From NCBI GenBank assembly GCA_031409655.1, contig JANNXQ010000054.1, positions 1-16,988 of the forward strand: DNA of 16,988 nt. The letters run 5' to 3'. Positions 14,441 to 16,988 of this stretch are shown one piece after another (position 1 is the stretch's first letter; every line of letters starts with the position of its first letter). The translations under genes and the position numbers were made by a program. Below the pieces are notes generated by a model. That model was given only the letters and a program-made list of their open reading frames with translations. It did no database searches and was not told the DNA's origin. Source of the DNA: Chthoniobacteraceae bacterium. GTDB lineage: Bacteria > Verrucomicrobiota > Verrucomicrobiia > Chthoniobacterales > Chthoniobacteraceae.

Positions 14441-16988
14441 GATTAGGAATTCGATGTCGGCGACTTGCGCCACGGCATTCGCCACACCGCGGCTCACGAG
14501 GGTGAAGGTGAGCGCACCCGTGCGCCCGTCGAGTCCCACGAGCGACGCCTCGATCGGTGTAAACGCACGCCGCGACAGGAGCGAATCCGCTCCGGTGTAG
14601 AGTAGGTGATCGTCTCCGAAATGCACGGTGAGGTAGTCGCCGTCACCCGCGACCGGGAACTTGAATCGAAATCGCACCGCGTAAGCGCCGGTCGGGATCG
14701 TCACCGTCCTGGTGATGCCCGCATTCGCCTGCTCCGTGATCGTGTATTGTTCACTCGCCTCGACGACGGAACCGAACGTCGAGAACCCTTGAATCGAGAC
14801 CGGACCCGCCGCCTCCGCCGCCATCTGGAATCCACCTCCGCCGGAGGCCCACGGACGCGGCACAGTGGCTCCGGTGACGAGCGGCGAAAGTGAGAAGCCC
14901 GCGATCCCCCAATCCAGAAAAGTCTCATGCTCCGGATCGCCGATCACTGGCTGTGCCGACCACGAATACCAGACTTGGGAGCGCCCATGCCCGCGCTCGT
15001 CCACGAAGAAATTGAAGGGCCACCAAAAGCCCAAATACTCCAGCCGATAGTTCGCGTTCGGGCTCAGGAAAAACGTGTCGTAGTTCAGCGAACCATACCA
15101 ACTGGTCACAAACCGCTCGACTACTGTCGGCCCCGCGAGGGTCGTCAGATGCGAGCGGAACGGGAACGGCGTGTCGAGCAAGGTCAGCCGGTCCACGATC
15201 ACCCGCTTCCCCGCATACGGACCACTGGCGATGGGGTGATTTTTGAGCCACAGCGCGCATTCGCCGAGGACAAAACCGCCCGCGCTATGGCCGATGAAAT
15301 GCACTGGTTTGTCCGGGTCGATCAGCCCGGCTTCCGCCTGCTCGATCACCCATTTCGCCAGCTCCGGCCCGTGCGTGTCTGGATACTCGTTGCGGATGAA
15401 CCACGCATCGATCACGAAATCCGCAGCGTGGCCCGCCAGTCGGGCATCGAGGGGGATGTCCAGCAGACTTTCCGACACCGCCGACAAGACCTCCGTCTCC
15501 GCCTCGCGGATCAGCGCTTGTTCCAGCGCAGTCCGCCCCGCCCGCCCCGCATTCACCAACCCGTGAGCGCTCTTGATGCCACTCAGGATTTCCAACGCCT
15601 TGAGCTTCTTCGGATCCACCTTTCCGCCGGGGTCGATATACGGCGTCCAATCGTAAATTGCGATGTTGGGATCGTTCGGCAGCCGCGCTTCGATCCGCCA
15701 CGCCATGTCCCCGGCCCAGTCCGTGAGCGCCGCTCGATCCGTGTAGAGACCGTGCGTGATCAGCACAAATCCATTGCCGGTGCGCTGGGTTTGCAAAACC
15801 AGCGGATTCCCGGCTGCATCGAGCACCGGCCCGGTCGCCGGATCGCTGCGCGGTTTCGGCCGCGGCGGTTCATTTGCCACCGGCGTCTTGTTCAGCGTTA
15901 CCTCCCCTTTGGCGTAAGCCTTCGCACCCGTGCTATCGGATACCTCCAGCTTGAGCTGCACCGTTTCCCCCGTGCTGTTCTTGCTAAAGTTCGCCGCCGG
16001 TCCCGTCGCGTCGGTGTAGTGGCCGTCCCCGTCGGTATCCCACTTGAACAGGTATGGTCCGAGGCCGCCAGCACTGTGCCCATTCAGGAAAATGGTGTGA
16101 TTGGTTCCGCCGTTGGGTTGCGAGCTTGCCGTCATCCCGGCGTGGAAGGCCGGGCCCACGGTCACCGCGAAGGGCGGCGACAAAACCCGGCCAGCGCCAT
16201 TGCCGTAGCTCGCCCGGAGCTGCAACGATGCGCCTTGGGGAGCGCTGCGCAGGATGAAGAGCGTCGTCCCGCCAATCCCCGCCCATGTCGGTGTCGAGCC
16301 GACAAACCCGAGCAGCGCCGGGATCGTCACATCCGCCGTCCCGCCGCCCGGCTGATTCATCACGATGCGATATTCCGTCTGCGAACCCGCTGCCACGCTC
16401 GGCGGGCCGACGATCGTGAGTCCCGTCGCCGTCGTGCTGCGGGAATCGAAGGGAAAAACACCAGAAGCGCGGGCATTGCTAGCGACGCTTTCGACGACCA
16501 GATCATCAAAAACATGCTCATGCCCCGTCCACCAACCCCACGCATTTGTTCTAATAACCGTGGACGGCGAACCCGCTAAGGGAAGTATGCCAACATTGTA
16601 GACCAGCATTAAAGAGTTATTGATAAAATACTGCACAACGCCCGTTGAAGGGTTGTAGAACAGCGTTTCACCGAACCAAGTATCCCAAACTGCGGGAATT
16701 TCCGTGCTTACATCAGCTTGCCCACTAATACTATGTGGACTGGCGCCATTCCGTGCCAGGAAGAAGCCAAAGCGGGCCATATGCGGATACCCGTTGTATG
16801 CCATATTCGCGTAGTGAACTGCGAAGATCGGCTGGGAGCCGATCTCAACGCTATTAATCCGGCAATAAGATAGCACCTTAATGTTGGATGTGCCAAGGTG
16901 GAGTGATGAAAGAAGACGGACGTAAGATGAGCAAGGAACAGCAAAAGGCTGCACGGCAGCGCGCCATGAAGCTACTCGACTCTGGATG
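13550..16988 (-). CDS. Large multidomain, probably secreted protein (5' end outside window): beta-rich domain, Ig/PKD-like domains, alpha/beta-hydrolase, beta-sandwich, two (DxDGDG repeats + FYR-type C-terminal domain) modules
   Basis: The frame stays open upstream of the GTG at 16954 to the window edge (>1145 aa). Hydrolase motifs LITHGL, IAIYDW, HFIGHSAGG (15275-15292), LTLLDTP and a candidate His in RGHG. PKD-like GGLGPYLFKWDTDGDG...LEVSDSTG. Six DxDxDG..D..E...G(T/S)DP-type repeats. Confidence 0.88.
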   Translation of the reverse strand, partial: IQSRVASWRAAVQPFAVPCSSYVRLLSSLHLGTSNIKVLSYCRINSVEIGSQPIFAVHYANMAYNGYPHMARFGFFLARNGASPHSISGQADVSTEIPAVWDTWFGETLFYNPSTGVVQYFINNSLMLVYNVGILPLAGSPSTVIRTNAWGWWTGHEHVFDDLVVESVASNARASGVFPFDSRSTTATGLTIVGPPSVAAGSQTEYRIVMNQPGGGTADVTIPALLGFVGSTPTWAGIGGTTLFILRSAPQGASLQLRASYGNGAGRVLSPPFAVTVGPAFHAGMTASSQPNGGTNHTIFLNGHSAGGLGPYLFKWDTDGDGHYTDATGPAANFSKNSTGETVQLKLEVSDSTGAKAYAKGEVTLNKTPVANEPPRPKPRSDPATGPVLDAAGNPLVLQTQRTGNGFVLITHGLYTDRAALTDWAGDMAWRIEARLPNDPNIAIYDWTPYIDPGGKVDPKKLKALEILSGIKSAHGLVNAGRAGRTALEQALIREAETEVLSAVSESLLDIPLDARLAGHAADFVIDAWFIRNEYPDTHGPELAKWVIEQAEAGLIDPDKPVHFIGHSAGGFVLGECALWLKNHPIASGPYAGKRVIVDRLTLLDTPFPFRSHLTTLAGPTVVERFVTSWYGSLNYDTFFLSPNANYRLEYLGFWWPFNFFVDERGHGRSQVWYSWSAQPVIGDPEHETFLDWGIAGFSLSPLVTGATVPRPWASGGGGFQMAAEAAGPVSIQGFSTFGSVVEASEQYTITEQANAGITRTVTIPTGAYAVRFRFKFPVAGDGDYLTVHFGDDHLLYTGADSLLSRRAFTPIEASLVGLDGRTGALTFTLVSRGVANAVAQVADIEFLIDDDPDGDGLTTAQEQTAGTDPLKPDSDGDGFTDAQELQVFHSDPRVADSDGDGQRDAAEITAGTDPTDPLSTLVITDISRIGTGFEIRWRSVRGKSYRVLRSDAPDLASYNVLASALVASAPLSAYTDFGANAVARAFYRIEVDQSLAISVADSDGDGVADADEIARGSDPGRYDTDRDGIGDGEEILVLLSSPVKADTDADGASDWAELIAGTNPANPTSVFKITAIERNPAGNVLLHWSGVAGRTYRVLRSESPWFESSEVIASGRPAIAPVTTFTDATAGAANTRAFCRVMVE

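Noticed and set aside
16064..16081. Second GHSAGG hexapeptide in the large protein, suggesting a second lipase site
   Set aside because: It lies in a PKD/Ig-like strand context (GG.GPY.FKWD.DGDG) with no surrounding alpha/beta-hydrolase elements, so it is treated as coincidence.
14927..16579. 550-aa plus-strand ORF and other long alternative-frame ORFs (e.g. 6916..8307, 5087..6196, 12391..13302, 10861..11766)
   Set aside because: Antisense or off-frame shadows of well-supported genes, with no motifs.
16952..16954. GTG at 16954 as the start of the large protein
   Set aside because: The reading frame has no stop between 16954 and the window end, and no signal peptide or RBS is seen here. The true start is probably outside the window.
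1..16988. CRISPR array, transposase or integrase
   Set aside because: No regularly spaced direct repeats with unique spacers and no recombinase or transposase motifs were found.

Overview
High-GC bacterial DNA. The repeat families and the C-terminal domains of the secreted protein suggest Verrucomicrobiota, but this is inference. About 13.2 kb is one divergently arranged, translationally coupled cluster with carrier-protein and lipid-modifying character. The minus-strand arm, in transcription order, encodes a CE4 deacetylase, two tandem PlsC-type acyltransferases, a patatin-like hydrolase, an ACP, a stand-alone HxxxDG condensation/acyltransferase protein, a PF12831-type FAD oxidoreductase, an adenylating ligase, flavin-dependent halogenase-like protein 1, a SAM methyltransferase and then an aldehyde dehydrogenase. 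The plus-strand arm encodes halogenase-like protein 2 and an LpxL/HtrB-family acyltransferase. The accessory genes resemble those of aryl-polyene/flexirubin/xanthomonadin loci, yet no ketosynthase, ketoreductase or dehydratase is in the window, so this may be an undescribed KS-less pathway for a (halogenated?) acyl lipid. The cluster is followed by tRNA-Gln(CTG) and a convergent, 5'-truncated, mosaic gene for a large probably secreted alpha/beta-hydrolase with duplicated Ca-binding/'FYR' C-terminal modules. Three families of small intergenic palindromic or heptamer repeats are also present.
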